Part shown: positions 23,946-39,109 of the stretch, piece after piece
Numbering within the stretch: position 1 is the first letter of the stretch
Layout of the letters: the number at the start of each line of letters is the position of its first letter
Assembly: GCF_006345805.1 (NCBI RefSeq)
Contig: NC_042997.1
Span: 182,280,001-182,344,000 of the forward strand
Source: Octopus sinensis
Taxonomy: Eukaryota
DNA: 64,000 nucleotides
Direction of reading: 5' to 3'
Made by a program: the position numbers and the translations under genes
Notes under the pieces: model-generated
Databases searched by the model: none
Told to the model about the DNA's origin: nothing
What the model saw: the letters and a program-made list of their open reading frames with translations, nothing else

Positions 23946-25769
23946 ACATCATCTCAAACTTCTCCAAGTAGCTAAATATTTCTGTGACAGTCAGATTACT
24001 ATTTACATTGCATCGACATGCAATGTAGCTACTCTTTCTGTTGCACCTTTTCACACACACATACCATCTGGAACTGATTGCCCTCCAATTTAGAGTCTCT
24101 TATCAGTCGATGTCAGTGAAATAGAAATCTGATGACTGACAAGCTGAGTGTGCAACCTAGTTTCTGTTCTTCATTGGAACCATTTTCTTCATTATGTTGT
24201 TAATGCTTCTTGGAGAAGCATAACCATCACAAGTTCATGTTTCCCATCCTTAAAATTTAAGGTTTCAGTTCTATAAATGTGGTTATTGTCAGTAGTTTGA
24301 AGTGGAATGGGCTCTACCAGGTTGATCTGCTTTTTCAACATAATAGGAAGAGAGCAAACCAATAGAATTAGGGACGTTAGTTACAACTGCCTATATCTCG
24401 TCATCTTTTTGTTTTTTCCTCTGTGTGCCATATAAAGCGAATAGTGAATTTTTTGCCGTGTGATGTCAAAATTATTTTTTGTATTGCTTTCTTTTGTTAA
24501 AGTTGGGAAAATTATAACATTAGATACCACAAAAGCCAACTTCCAGCATGCATCAGTATTTGAATACTCTAAATGATTCAAATTTATTATGTGTAAATTG
24601 CAACATAACCATTCATTTAAGAAAACATCTTGACAAAATATATTTCTGTCTCAAAAATATGTATTTAGTCAAAAGATTTTACTATCAAAAGATATTTTCA
24701 AATTTAGACCAAATAATATTAATGTCTTAATATTATTATTATTAAGTTTCTCTTATGCTTTTTAACTTCAACTTTAGCATATCTACAACATCATCCCAAG
24801 TGTGTGGCTCCTTATAAAATGTGGTAGCATTGTAGCCATTGCTGTAACAACAAACTGTTACTGTTTAAATCCCAAGTTTATCTGGTTTTCTCAAAGATGT
24901 CTGCTAGGTGGCTAGAGATTACTGGCACTCTGAAATTAATACACACATTTCCAGCTTCATTATTCACAACAAAAATCTCACTTGAGCTGGAGACAGTCAC
25001 AGTAAACTGGAAGTGACAAATTTTAAAGCAGATTTAGTTCCTCAGATATTAGTACTGACTCTGTCTTCAATTTATTATTAAAAACAAAAATTAATATTTA
25101 TTGTAGGCTTTGATTCATTAACTTCAAATCATTGAATTACAAAAATAATACACTAAAGTTTTAATTAAACTTGCTGGGAGATTGGTAGCACGTATTATTA
25201 GACTAGATGTTTTGTTTTGTTTTGTTTTTTTTGAGACCTAGTCTATAAGGTGTTCTAAGAGCAACTTTTGTATCAAATAATTGCTTTTATTGTTTTTCTA
25301 CATTGGTTTGTTAGTACAGATTGAATGTTAGAATTTCTGTCTCAGTATATGTTGGTTATTTTCTGTGTCCTCTGTTTCGTACCTGAGAATTGTGTTCTTT
25401 TGTGCTGATATAGAAGTAAAACAAAGAATGTGATTATCCACATGCATCTGTTTTGGTTCAACATATATACTCACATGTACATGGACATGTACACAATCAT
25501 CAGCTAAAACCATTTGGAATTGATTTTGATTGTATTAAACATTTCATAAATTCTATATCATATGACCATCAAACATGAACTTTTGGATATTATCTCATTG
25601 ATCATTACAACATACTGTACATTTATATAACAACTACTTTGACTTATCTAAAATCATTTCACTTACTGAAATTGATACATAGCTGAAAAATGATTGCATG
25701 AACATTAGTCAACAGAAGCAAATAATTTGAAGTTCTTGATTACATATAAATCATTTGAATAAAAATTGG

Positions 25770-26012
25770 CATCTGCCACGTTTGGCATCATCCGAACATG
25801 GCCGATGCCAGCGCCGCCTTGACTGGCTTCTGTGCCGGTGGCACATAAAAAGCACCTACTACACTCATGGAGTGGTTGGCGTTAGGAAGGACATCCAGCT
25901 GTAGAAACACTGCCAGATCAGACTGGAGACTGGTGCAGCCTCCTGGCTTCCCAGACCCCGGCCGAACTGTCCAACCCGTGCTAGCATGGAAAACAGACGT
26001 TAAACGATGATG
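25770..26012 (+). mobile_element. RTE 3'-tail repeat
   Basis: ggttggcgttaggaaggacatccagctgtagaaac...gcatggaaaacagacgttaaacgatgatga. Confidence 0.85.
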
Positions 26013-26840
26013 AAAGATTTTCTTAATAAACTAAAATGGAAATATTAATGCAAAATCTTCTCATTGATTTGTGTACTTTTACAGCTTCAATGAGAGTCTC
26101 TAATGACCTACAGTAAGATTTTGAAGTGTGAATAATATATTTAGGGACTGAGATGTTATTGTCTTCAGATAAACTGCCATCAGTATGTATTGCTGATATT
26201 CTTTTATAAATATGATGGCTGTTGGTGTGAAAATAGATCATAACACACTTTGACTAAAATAGGAAGGTGTGACTGAGAAGAATTGAAAGTTTTTATAGAG
26301 AATTTACTTCAAAAAAAATGTCAGCTCCAAAAATAGCAGAAATACAATCTCGACTAATCCATTCCAATATGAGAAAATGGATGCAGTATTATTGATGCAA
26401 TCAAATATTCATCTTGTTAGTATTAACAATTGCTGAGAAAGCACGCATACATAAAAACTCATTAAAAGTATATTTACAATACCTGAATGTTTAAGCATAT
26501 TTTTTACAGACTTAAAAGAAAAACATTTAATCAATTTGATCGTTAGTAATCAGAATTGTTAAAAAAAGTGCAATGATTTTAGTTAATAAAGTCAAACACA
26601 TTAGAAATATTCACACTTTATCAAAACATCTTTTACATTTTTCTTTTACTTGGATTGGTTTAAAGTTTCCAAAATATTCATTCATTCATTACTTTGTTTT
26701 TTGTTGTTTTTTTTTAATTCATGTTATCTTGTTTATTTTCCAGCTGTTGGTTCTTACAAATTTGTATATGTATGTGTTTCATAGAATTTGTTATTATTTG
26801 GTTATTTTTATCCTTTATTTTTTTCTTTATTTCATTGCAG

Positions 26841-26968
26841 CCCTCAGCGGTTTTTCTCCTACCCACAAAATAAGTGGGTTCGATGAAGCCAAGAGTTTGG
26901 ATAAATTGAATGAACGCATGCCCCCGAGAAGAGATGCAGTCAATACCAATAACAAGGAGAAAGCGTAA
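26841..26968 (+). CDS. PPP3CA: Calcineurin A terminal exon with autoinhibitory domain
   Basis: tttcattgcag|(G)CC. Encodes [42 protein letters not shown], homologous to the AID ([22 protein letters not shown]). Confidence 0.97.
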
Positions 26969-27258
26969 TGGGGGACAAAAACCCTCTTCTCTCCACCAAG
27001 GCTGTTATTCTTCCGGGCTGGAGTCTACCATCACATGCAGGGGAACGAATGCTGAGCTCTGTGTGCAGGGTCCAGCTGTGAACAGCTCTGTTGATCTCAC
27101 CTTGTACGATTTGCTACCTGGGATGTATGATTATATCAGAATTCAATGTATACATATTTTATACCTATTTAATGGTTCTTTACCCCTCCCCTGCTGGCAA
27201 CCTGCAAATACAATTGGTAAATGCTGTTTTGTGATGTGATGTTTCTTTCCTTTTCTTC

Positions 27259-27264
27259 AATAAA
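27259..27264 (+). terminator. Candidate proximal polyA signal of calcineurin A
   Basis: AATAAA about 290 nt after the stop, overlapping an A-run. Confidence 0.45.
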
Positions 27265-30200
27265 AAAAATGCTTCCTTTCTAGTAAAAAAAAATTTAAAA
27301 AGTTAATAAATTATAAAACTATCTGAAAAATAAAATGTAAAAATTTAACATGAAAATTCATTATTAAATATGGTAATTTACTGAGGTGAAGTGAGTTCAA
27401 ACTTTTCGAATGCCACTAGGAAAGTTTAAAGTTTTCTTCAACTCTTTTATACCAGTTGTGTGGCAGTATTATTTATGAGGGAAGTTCATGAGCAGATGTT
27501 GCCAGGGATATTCCCAATATCAACATCTGGACTTAAATACTGCCTTGTCGTTGTATGCAAGCCTCTCATTGGGGTAGAATTGATTCTTTCATCTTTTTAC
27601 AAAATTTCCGAAACAAACACATTCTTTTAGTTTTAGCCCAATCTTTATTTTGAACTGTGGGCTAAAAAAAAATTATAATGATGATGTGATGATGATGATG
27701 ATAAAGATGATGATGATGATCAGAACTTCTTACATAGGCATTGAAGCCTTACTGTTAATTGAAGTAACATTATGGAAATGTTGCTCAATACTAAATTTGT
27801 TATATTAAATTTAAAGATACTTTATCTGGCTTGTTTTAAATAGAATATGTTATCGAAAAAAACCTAACATATATATGTATATATATATACATATATATAC
27901 ACATATATACATATATATATATGTGTGCGTGTGTGTGTCTGTCTGTGTGTATATATATATACATATGTATATATGCATACATATATATATATATATATAT
28001 TTAAAATCATGGAATATTTTTTTTAACATTTTCATTATATTTGGAAATGTAATTCATTTAATTCAATTAAAAGCCTATTTAAATTAAATCAACAATTAAT
28101 GATTTTAAAAGTGTAAAAAAAAAGATTAAGAAAATAAAACCTCAGCTTAATAGTTTTTCCAGGTGACCCTTAACTATGGGTTGGTTTTGTTTTGAAATTT
28201 GAAATTTTTTATTTATTTTTTTTTTTAATCAGTGATTATTGAGTGCTTGCTACAAGGTCATCTAAACCCTCTCTTGTATTTACACCCTAACACATCTAGG
28301 GTAACTACTACTCTGCTCAGTCAACATTCTCTTCTGTACTGAGACAGAGAGTATCATTTTTAAATGAGTATTTAAAAATTATTAAAAAAAAAAACTATAT
28401 AAATTGTTTAAAACGGAAAAAAAGCATTATCATTAAAAAAAACAGCAATGTTAGTAAGTTATCTCCCCTTGACACTGTTTACTTCTGCTTTCACTGGGAT
28501 TGTTGAAATTTTTGGTATTTTGTATTCGGGAAGAAATAAGTTAATTCTAATCCGTCATGTAAATTAAGTTGTCCTGTCTTTCACAATCTTTTAAAAGTAC
28601 CCACCCTTATTTTTGTAAGCTGCACATTTCATTGCAAGTTCATCACGAGCCCTGCTCCAACCACATACAGATACAGCATTGCCAATATACTGACCATAAA
28701 AAGCACTATCACCTAGCTGTTAAATAATACCGCTGTTACAACAACTATTTACCAGTCAATATCCTCTATACATGAACAACAGCTACCATCAATTGCACAC
28801 TGCGTTTTTTGCTGCCCACTACAACTTTGCTTGCTACCACAGGTTTGGGAAAAACCAAGACCATGCTACAATGAATGATGTGCATTTCTACAATGAATGA
28901 AGAAACTTAATCAAGCCAGTGATGTCTTCCTGGTGTTTCGTTTTGTTATAACTACTACTACTACTTCTACTACTACTATTATTGCTTGATATTCAGCCCC
29001 TTTCTGTAAATCAATGGTAATCAAAAGTAAGCCTCTCCAGAAGAAATAAGTGGAAAAAAAAGCAAAAGAAATTTAAAAAAAGTTTAAATAGTTCTAAGAA
29101 AGAAAAAAAGTGGTTAAAACATCTGTGCAATGATTATTCTGGAGGACTACAACAATGACTTATTTCTGAAGTTACATTTTCTATCCCTCTAAGTCCATCA
29201 CACATCCTGATTAACCTTAAACCATTATTCTGTTTTCAGAGTATATAAAAGTCTGTTAGATCTGTTACTAAACTGTTTCAAGTTTTATTTTATTACTGTT
29301 TATATTATTGTTGTTATTTAAATAACTTTTATTTTACTTGTAGAATATTTTAGTAACAAACTCTGTGTGTGTGTGAGACTGTTGGGGCGTATATGTGTTT
29401 TAAATATTTGGGACATTTAGACAGTTAATATCTATATTATGTTTTGTTTGAAGTATTTAAGCTTACTTTCTAACAATTAGGGTTATAAACTAAAAAAATA
29501 ATGCTAGACCAGTGACAAACTTTACATTGTTGAAATTATAGCATTGATTATCATTATTGATAAGTTTACATATTGATGAGTTCAGCTACCCATATGTATA
29601 CAAACACACACTCACATAAACATATGGGGACACACACACATACATACATATGCAAAGAGTTACACAATGAATTGGGAATTTATTTAAAATTGAAGTAGTT
29701 TCCCTTGCAAGCTTTGTATACATTAACTCTGATCTTTGGGCATTGATGCAGTTTTAATTAACATGGTGGTGTTAACCTATAGCCGACAACTGATAGCATT
29801 CCCTGTATCAGAAAGGCAAACAGCTGTGATGTAATAAATAAAAAAAAGAAAGAATATTAGTAGGGTAAAGATGTCTAAAATCAGAATAAGAATTTTCTTA
29901 TATCTAGGGAAAAATATATCCAAGAAGACTTATTCCCTGGCATATATGTAAATAAATCAAAAGTGAACCTGTCTGTGATATACATATACTAGCATACACT
30001 TGTCTGTGTGCAGGTTGTGTATGTATATATGCATATTAGAATATTGAAAGTTACATTTCAGTTAAAAATTGACAAAGTTAAATGGTTAATCTACCGGATT
30101 TAGCTGAGAAATTCACCTAGCAGATAATACTGAGAAAAACAATGATGTAGTGCAGTGGTAACTTTGTTTTTATTTTAGATTTGTTTGTTATTTTTCGGGG

Positions 30201-32393
30201 TTTTCTTAGTTCTTTTTTTTTTATTTATTTGTTTCTGTTTTGTTTATGTTTTTTTTTTCTTTTTTGTGTTGACTCAACTCTAACCACATGACATGAAATC
30301 TAACCAACAACTCAGATTCAACAAACACAAAAACTGGCAGAAAAGTTGTTGATAATGTCTTGTTACACATGACATATAAACAGTACATCAAGTCCTCTGC
30401 TTCCTGCCCTTAGCCTCCTCCTCCTCCTCCTCTAAGCACTATTTGTTGAATTTTTTTATTAAAAATAAAAATAAAAAATAAAATCTTAAAAAAAAAGTTG
30501 TTCTTTTGACTATCACTAAGAATTGTTGAAGACATTTTAATTTGTTGATTATTTCTCCTCCTCCTTCTCTTTATTGTTCCTCTTACTGAAGACACCTTGA
30601 TGTACTGTTTTCGATATTACCTGTCTAAAAATTCCAAGACAGACTACAGAGCTTGGTAGACACTGGTACTAAGTACCATGGAAGCAATTAAGCTACCAAT
30701 TATTTAAGTAATCCTGACTACCTACACATTACCCTTTTCAAGGTCTTTTGACATATTTTATCTGCACATCAATATACATCAGTAATTGAGAGAATGAACA
30801 TTTTTCTACTTATTGTTTTTAATAATATTGTGAATCTCCTTTACTTCTTCCTTCCAGTTCATGTTATTCCAGCTAAATTCTAAAAAAGAAAATAAAATAT
30901 TAAAAAAAAAAGCTTTCACTGTTTCACCTATCGAAGGATTGTTTTTCTTTTCATATTTTATTTCCCCAATATCTTTTGAGAAAATTTCTCACATCTAGAA
31001 ATTATTTATTTTTCTTGCACTCTTTTGTTTTATATATGTATGTATATCATTTTTTTCTACATATCTTGCAGTTCAAGACTTACCTATACACACACATATT
31101 CCCTTCTTGCTTATAAGCCTTCATTACTAATATGGATAAAATATTTTCTTCCAAGAAATATGTAGACTTCTCTGTTTAATTCTGATATTTATTTCTCTTC
31201 AAATAATGTGGTTGTGAGTATTTGTTAGCTTTTTGTTCAAGTATTTCTTCTTATTATTTTTTTTCCTTTTCCTTCTAACTTCTCATAATCAATTTTACCT
31301 TATCTCTGCCACAGTCTCCCAACCCATTTGTTTAAGGGTTTTAGGTGTTGTACTTTCAGACTGGCCTATCAATGCAATGTCTTTTTCGTTCTCATTTTAG
31401 CCATCTTGCTGACTGTAGTTCAGGTAGGTAATAATTAAAAATGATAATGCTATTTGGGGTTCTCCCATAAGCACAGTTGGGTTTTAAAAACTTGTCATCT
31501 TAACAAAGGTATATATTCTGTTTGATGTAGATAATTTTGTACTTATTAACTGAAAATAATTGTGATGATAGCAACTCAACTGACACCAACTATAGAATTT
31601 ATTTCTGATAAATTTCCTTCATTGGAATTCTTCTCTTGGATTTTTTTTCTTTCTCAGATCTCTCTTTCTCTCTCTCTATTTTTCATTTTCTGAAAATTTT
31701 GCTCTTTAGCTCTTAAGAAGATTTATCTGATTTTTTTTTATTTACTTGTTTGTGGTATCAACAATTCCTACCTTTACAATACAGTGAACAATAGATATAG
31801 CTCAATACTGTCATGCTAGCATGTGTGTGTCTATATTATATCATTTATATATATACATACATACATATACATACATATATATATATATATATTATGTATG
31901 TGTGTGTATACTATCCCATAGGCTCTAGGTAGAATGTTTAGTGTCGATCTAAATGCTACCAGTTCCATAATACAGGTGTCTAGTGTAATATTTACATCAG
32001 CTGCAAGCCATACAACTACTGTACTAATGGTAAGACAAATGTATAAGCATCTTGTCCAACAAATTACAGCATTAAGCTCTGGTGCAGGATAGCTAACATT
32101 CATGTCCCCTTTGCCCTCCATATACTCATTTTTCTTATTAATTCAAGGACTAACTAGTACCATTTCTTTACCTTACTCCCTTTCCCTCTTTCACACCATG
32201 TCCAAGGTTGCAGAACAACACAGCTCAGGCCTGAATTCTGTAGCTAATATTACCCCCCATGGAATTACTTTGTAACTAAGGCCTTGTATAGACTTTTTAT
32301 TAAATCAATGTTTTCAACCTACCATTTTTCATTATTTTGTTAAACTGTCAAAACACTATTGTAAATCATGCATGTATACATTAATGTGTTGAA

Positions 32394-32399
32394 AATAAA
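32394..32399 (+). terminator. Candidate distal polyA signal of calcineurin A
   Basis: AATAAA with upstream TGTA and downstream GU/U-rich ctgttcttgtcttt, at the end of a ~5.4-kb transposon-free stretch. Confidence 0.45.
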
Positions 32400-35300
32400 T
32401 TACACTGTTCTTGTCTTTATCCCCCAATTTCTGCTATTGTCTTTCCTCTTCAATTCTCACTGTATCGAAAGCTCTATAGTAGGCAGTGGTTAAGAAGAAA
32501 TTATTAAGGCTTTATGTATTTTTACTGTGAGCTCATTGTTTAACAATTTTCTTTTTTTACTCTATCTGCAAAATCTATCAAGATCCATATTTTCTTCACC
32601 CTATCATAAAACCAGCATGATAGGCTCAAGTTCAGAGCCAAAAACCAAAAGAGACCTCCCCTATCCTGTAAATAAGCACATAGTTATTTAATGAAATTGG
32701 TTCAGTAAGTTTAATGTATTCCCTCAGTTTACAAGATTTGCTGTTTTAGAGAAGAAAATTTGCAAAATGTTCTAATATAAAGTAGAAATTTAAGCAGGAA
32801 AATGCTTATTTCCCAATGCCTGCAGTCTATCTGGATATATCTACTGTACACTGCATAGTAACATGTATTTCTAGGGCCAAGTTTGATGTCAACAATATAA
32901 CATTAAATTTATAATTAGAGAAGGATAAATATTGGTTAAGAGTAACAAATATGATGCTTTAAATGGAGTTCAAGTCTAAAAAGTAGAAATTGTTTCCTGA
33001 AGCTGTTTGGCATTCAGCTTTAACTTAAATATTCATGATGAGAATGATTTTCATAGATATAGACAATACAATTTAGATTAACGTGTATATGTGTATATAC
33101 ACATTTCATATGTCATCAATTTGAGATTTTTTTAAAAGAGGTTAATCTACAATTGTTATCACACTTTATATATTTAAATTAAGTATGAATGTGCACAAAA
33201 TAAGAAAATGAATCAATAAGTGATTAAGCAATGAGAAACAAATACATTCTTACCAGTTTTTAATGTTTCATCATATTTTTTTCTATCTACATTTCCATGT
33301 GTCTCTGCATGTTTCATCTCTTGTAGCTGGAGATTTTAATCTACATCCAGATTCCACACAAGTATATCGTGCAACTACATTTATACTAAAGCTTACTTTA
33401 ACCTGCATACATGTGTTAAGGCCTCTTAATTTTGATAAATGCAAGCAGTGTATGCAGAAGAGCTTTGTTATATAAGTAAGCTTTTCCAATCTTTGGTACA
33501 CTTGTGTGAAACATGGATCTGGGTTAAACACCAAGCTGCTACAGACTATAATATATATAAAAGATGATGCTGGCCTTGTAACTATTATTTCTAAAATGGA
33601 AACAATTTATTTATGGCAGAGTTAGCAACTATGTTAAACATATAAAGATCTAAGGAAACAAGTTTTTAGCCCTAAAAATGTTTATTGGGTGATTGTTTAT
33701 CCAGAAGTCTGGATATTTTTTATATTTTTTTCTAATAAGAACATTGGCATGCAGTGGGTGTCAATTATGCAAGTAACTAGCTAAGATCATTTTATTTCTT
33801 ATACATCTGGTTTGATACATTAAAATCTATCACATGCAATAATGCATTTCATACTCAATTTTGTCTTATACAAACATTCCAGATAAATGTAACTAGCAAA
33901 TAGTGAGCTGGAATTTCTGATTGGTTGACCTAATGGCTTAAGTTTGAAAATATTCTAATTTTGAGAAATATTAACGAAAAGCAGTTTGTTATGAAGAAGT
34001 CTGATAGTTTTGGGGAAGAGAAAATGTCGACAGTTTTTTCTTTCTTTTTCTATTTATTTTTTGTTTCAATTCATGAAGGTCAGTGTCCTTGACCTTTTTT
34101 CATTGCAACTGAGACTGATGGAAAGAAGTTATCCAAAGACCTAGCACCAAATACTTGTGACAGAGGGGACTCGACTAAAGCCATGTAACAGCTGGATGAT
34201 GAATTAATTATATCACCATAAACGGCAACGGTTCCTCTGACAGCCTCCCAAACAGTTTCCATCTACCAACTTTCACTCACAAGACTTCAGTCAACTCAAG
34301 GCTAATACAGAGGGCACTTGCTCAAGATGTCACACAGTGGAATTCTACCCAAAACTACATAATTGAATTGTAAACGTAACCACACAGCTATGCTTGCACC
34401 CATAATGATTCCACATGTTATAAACTTATATAAAAATAAAAAAAAGCTAATTAGATATTTTTATATTTGCAGAAGAAAATAACACAACCGCAGTCTCTCT
34501 CTCCTCATTTCTCCTGCCATATCAGTGAAACATAACAAAACACTGACTATAATCAATATCTCTAGTAACAGTTCTCATCCATGTAGTGCACCTGAGCACT
34601 GTATACAATACGTTCATTCATCCAAATAACCATAGATGTCACATGCACAAAAATTATATGAAATATTCTTTCTGCTGCCATATCTTCTTTGTTACACCAA
34701 AGTAATCGTCATCAATGCTGTTTAGACATGAATTGCAGAAACAGAGTGAAAGGACTTCAACTAAGAATTGAAATTTACTGAAAGAAAACAATAATGATAT
34801 TAATGGCTTCTTACACTTGGCTGTGGTATCAAAGTTACAAGCAAGAGAAAACAAGGTAATATGACAGTGGTACTAGTTATGTAAAATGTCCTAAAACAAT
34901 AATAAACGGTTGGCATCAACTGGTATATCCAATGAGAAACAACAATAGTTTACCACCACTTCATATATAGTGAAATAGTAGCAGTAGTTGTAACATGTTT
35001 AAAGAATGTTAATAATACAAACAAAGCTATCACTTTCTCAAAAACACACCACTGCTTTTTTTATATTAGTTTCAACTTCAAATAGAGACTCACATCTGCT
35101 CCCTCACCTGGTGTTACTTCCAGCGCATCCCCTAACTATGCCACTGATTTATAATTGGTCAGCACGCATCCTGCTTTGTTCTGGGGTATCATCATAAACT
35201 TTTCACTCATTTGATTATTTATAAGCGGGTGTTTCTTTAAGCTTTATGTACTCTGACTGCATCTATATGTACTCCAAAAGGATAAATTGAGTTGGGCATG

Positions 35301-35869
35301 ATTTGATTTCAGAACTGTAAACTATCAAACAACTTCCCCATTTCCAGTTAAATTGTGAGCTAGGTTGCCTCTTTCCTACAACCATCATTTCTTGAATTGC
35401 ATTTACATGTTCATCGTAAATTCTATACTTTACTGCCAACACAGAAATGTGTCCGGAGAAATATATCCCTGTGACTGCCATACATGTCCAGAGACATATC
35501 ACTGTGTAGCTAAGATAAAATAGGAAATCAGGCTACTTTATCCAAGATCCTGGATATTTCACACTATTTGCCTGAATCATTCCAAATATATTCAGATGAA
35601 GTTCATACTTCTTGAATTATTTCTTTTGTTGTGGTTAAGGGCTTTGTTTAAAACCTGACATAGCCAGTACCTCAGCAGATGGTATAGCTCATACTAATTC
35701 TAATACCATTACCAAATTTAGCTGATCTTGAACCCTTTTGGTACCAATCTGTCTGAGTCTGCATCTGGTCATATAATACAAAACTTCTATTTAAGGGTTC
35801 ACATTTCAATTAAAAAATTCTCCCATAAGATTGTCTCAAAGCATTAGCTTAATCCTTTCCATTGTAGGT

Positions 35870-36085
35870 ACAAGACCTGACATTTTGGGAGAGGGGGCTA
35901 GTTGATTACATTGATCCCAACACTCATCTTGTATTGATTCATCAACCCTGAAATGATGAAAGGCAAATTTGACATTGGCAGAATTTGAACCCACAATGCA
36001 AACAATTGATGAAATGCTATTAAGTATTTTGTCCAGTATGCTTACAATTCTGCCAGTTCACTGCCTTACGTTGGCTTAATAATGA
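35870..36085 (-). mobile_element. SINE, decayed copy of the 4196 family
   Basis: Reverse-complement match to gaaaggcaaatttgacattggcagaatttgaac. Confidence 0.7.
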
Positions 36086-37142
36086 AACATTAGTTATTTT
36101 ACTAAACCTTTCCAAATTATTTTCCAAATTGACACCTAGATCTATGCATTTCCTGGAAACTTCTATCATTAATAGGTTAGATCTCAGAACTATAGACTGT
36201 CCAACCATCTGAGAGTGTTCCTGTTCTTAGGCAACAGAACTTAATTCATCCCCTAATCTGACACCCCTGACTGGCCTTTGAATGTCTTTACAAGGATTTA
36301 GACCATGTCTTCAAGTTGGAGATAAGTTCCACCCACCAGTCTTGGAGGATCAGAAAATGTTCATAGCTGCTCTTCTAAATCATTTAAAAAAATCGTAAGA
36401 CATCCAACCACAAAACCACTTTGATATTTGGCTTAGTTAATATTGAACCACAAAGACGTCATCCAGATTACAAGAGAAAATCACATTTACAATCTTCAAG
36501 ATATTTCTGCTTATTAAAACTGTGGAAAGAAGCATAAAATTCATATCCCAAACCTCGGGTTCATCTGCCTTTATGCTTTACAATTCCTGGAAGACTACAA
36601 GCTGAGGGTACAACTCCTTCTTTCAGACATTCAAAAAAGAAATCCTGCTGGAATTACCTAACCTTTAGTTAGGCTTCACTGAGTAGACCTTTGATCAAAT
36701 GGATTGCCATAACCATTCCATCTTTATATATTTAGGATTACTTCATCAATTTGTGCCTATTTTTAAAAGAGTAGGATGTTATTTGAAGGAGATCTGGCTG
36801 CTATTTTGAGGAACCACTCTATCTTGAAAATGCATCTCATTAAAATTAGTAATGATAAAATGATCATAATCATCATCCTACTGATCAACATAATAAATAT
36901 TATTAAGTGATAATATTAAGCATAATCATTTGAATTTGCATAGTTCACACTCTGAGTCATAGAGCTGTGTGTAGGGAACAAGAATGAATGTATGAAACTT
37001 CCCAAAAGTGCTATACAGAAGTGTAAGTATGGCTATATAAAATAAACACACATTCACAAATGCAGTCCTCCAACTCAAATGGTCCTGTCAACCCATACCA
37101 GCATAGAAGACAGGCATTAAATGGGAATGACAGCATTATGTA

Positions 37143-37173
<31 letters not shown>

Positions 37174-37369
37174 GTATGTAAACAACTAGTTTCGGGATAT
37201 TTGGCATTAGAATATTTTTTCTTTTGCCCTTGTTTATAAGTTGTTTATAAATTTAACCTTTAAAGGTATTTTTTAATATGCTGGCCATTGATAAAATTTT
37301 TTTTTTTTCAAAAAAATTTTATCCTATATTAGATAGATATATATATACATATATATCAAATAGACACAT

Positions 37370-37644
37370 GGCTTTGTTTGACCAGAAGACACTTGCCTAA
37401 GGTGCCATGCAGTTTAGATTCAGCCCAATGCACAGTACTTTGGGCAAGTGTCTTCTATTATATCCATGGAACAACCAAGGCCTTGTGAGTGAATTTGGTA
37501 AATGGAAGAATTCCTTTGGAGGGCATCCAGCCGTAGAAACATTGCCAGATCAGACTGGGCCTGGTGCAGCCTTCTGGCTTCCCAGACCCCAGTTGAACCA
37601 TCCAACCCATGCTAGCATGGAAAGCGGACACTAAACGATGATGA

Positions 37645-37647
<3 letters not shown>
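37370..37647 (+). mobile_element. Composite SINE fragment plus RTE-tail repeat
   Basis: Short inverted segment agaagacacttgcc/ggcaagtgtcttct followed by the ATG-tailed family end. Confidence 0.75.
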
Positions 37648-37675
<28 letters not shown>

Positions 37676-38294
37676 CTGCATGGTATGATTTTCAACAGGT
37701 AGTATAGCTCAATCAGTTAAGAGAGTAAAGATATAATAAAAACTATAAAATGTTTTGTGATATACAGCTACTCAATGTTTTCAGACCAAAATGTTAATTT
37801 ATTTCACCATTTATTTATCAAGCTAGTAAAAGCAACAAGACAGTTTAGTAATTGCATTAAATGCAATTGATGTTTGAATGTGCACATGCATTTAGAAAAA
37901 GACAGAGAAACACAGGTGATAATTAACTCCACAGTAAATATAACCAATGTCATATGAATATCAAAAATCACATAAACCAACACTAGAATACTTAATGATG
38001 TGTCTGGTAATTTATCCTTAATTTCCATTAAGATGTATTTTGTAAAATGTTGGCTATCTGGCTTATGATATTTACACAGCCACTGGAGGTTCTTAAGCAT
38101 TTTAATAGATACAGTTTTCATGCAAGCATATGGAACATCTTGGCCAATTAATATAAGGATCTTCCATTTGATGTCAAAGCTGGCACTCTCATCCTTAAGT
38201 TTCCAGATGAATGCTGAGAGGGTTGTTGCATGTCTCTTCTTGGGAGTGTCTTAAGGTTGAAATTTTTTTAAAAACACTAGAAATGTACAAAAAA

Positions 38295-38900
38295 TAGACA
38301 TCCTCATATGTCCAGCTATCTACTACTTAGAAGTAGTAGATAGCTTCTGCTACCTAGGTGACCAAGTTAGCAGTGGAGGAGGGTGTTCTGAAAGCATTAT
38401 TGCTGATATGAATGGGCTGGTCAAACTTCAGAGATCTACTAGCTTTGTTGGTAACAAAAGACCTCACCCTCAGAGTGAAGAGCAAAATATATGATGATGT
38501 GTACGACTAGCTATGCTACATGGGCTGTGACTACAGAGGACATGCAAAGGCTTGAAAGAGATGAAGCCAGCACGCTCCACTGGGTAGGTAATATCAGTAT
38601 GTATGTACCACGGAGTATAAATAATTTAAGAGAAGAATTGGGTAAATAAGGCATCAGATGCAGTGTGCAAGAGAGAAAACTATGCTGGTATGGTCATATG
38701 ATGCATATGGGTGGGGATAGCTGCAAAAAGATGTGTCAATCTCTAATTGCAGAGGGAACCTGTGAAAGGGGTAGATCCAGGAAGGCATGGGATGAAATAG
38801 TGAGAAATGATCTTCAGATGCTGAGCCTCACAGAGGAGATAACAAGGTACCGAGAACTCAGGCAATTTGCTGTGCTTGAGAAAACACATCAAGCTATGTA
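38295..38900 (+). mobile_element. RTE-clade LINE ORF2 C-terminal fragment
   Basis: EVVDSFCYLGDQVSSGGGCSE..., QERKLCWYGHMMHM...RGRSRKAWDEIVRNDLQMLSLTEE; frameshifted. Confidence 0.85.
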
Positions 38901-39109
38901 AAATCATGGTAATACATACAAGCATGTCCTTTACGACCATGCCCACCCCCACTCACACAGTCCTCTGTGAAAACATCCCTACAACCCGTCTTCCCAACAT
39001 TCCCCATCCCACTACCCATGATCACCACCCACTGTAGGCCCTCCACTTTTCTTTACATGCCTATCCATATACTCTCCATGTTCTAACATACCTATTTCTT
39101 TACTACCCA

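Noticed and set aside
26573-26840. N-terminal part of the 131-aa ORF 26573-26968
   Set aside because: It is U-rich intron upstream of the acceptor at 26840; only 26841-26968 is calcineurin coding.
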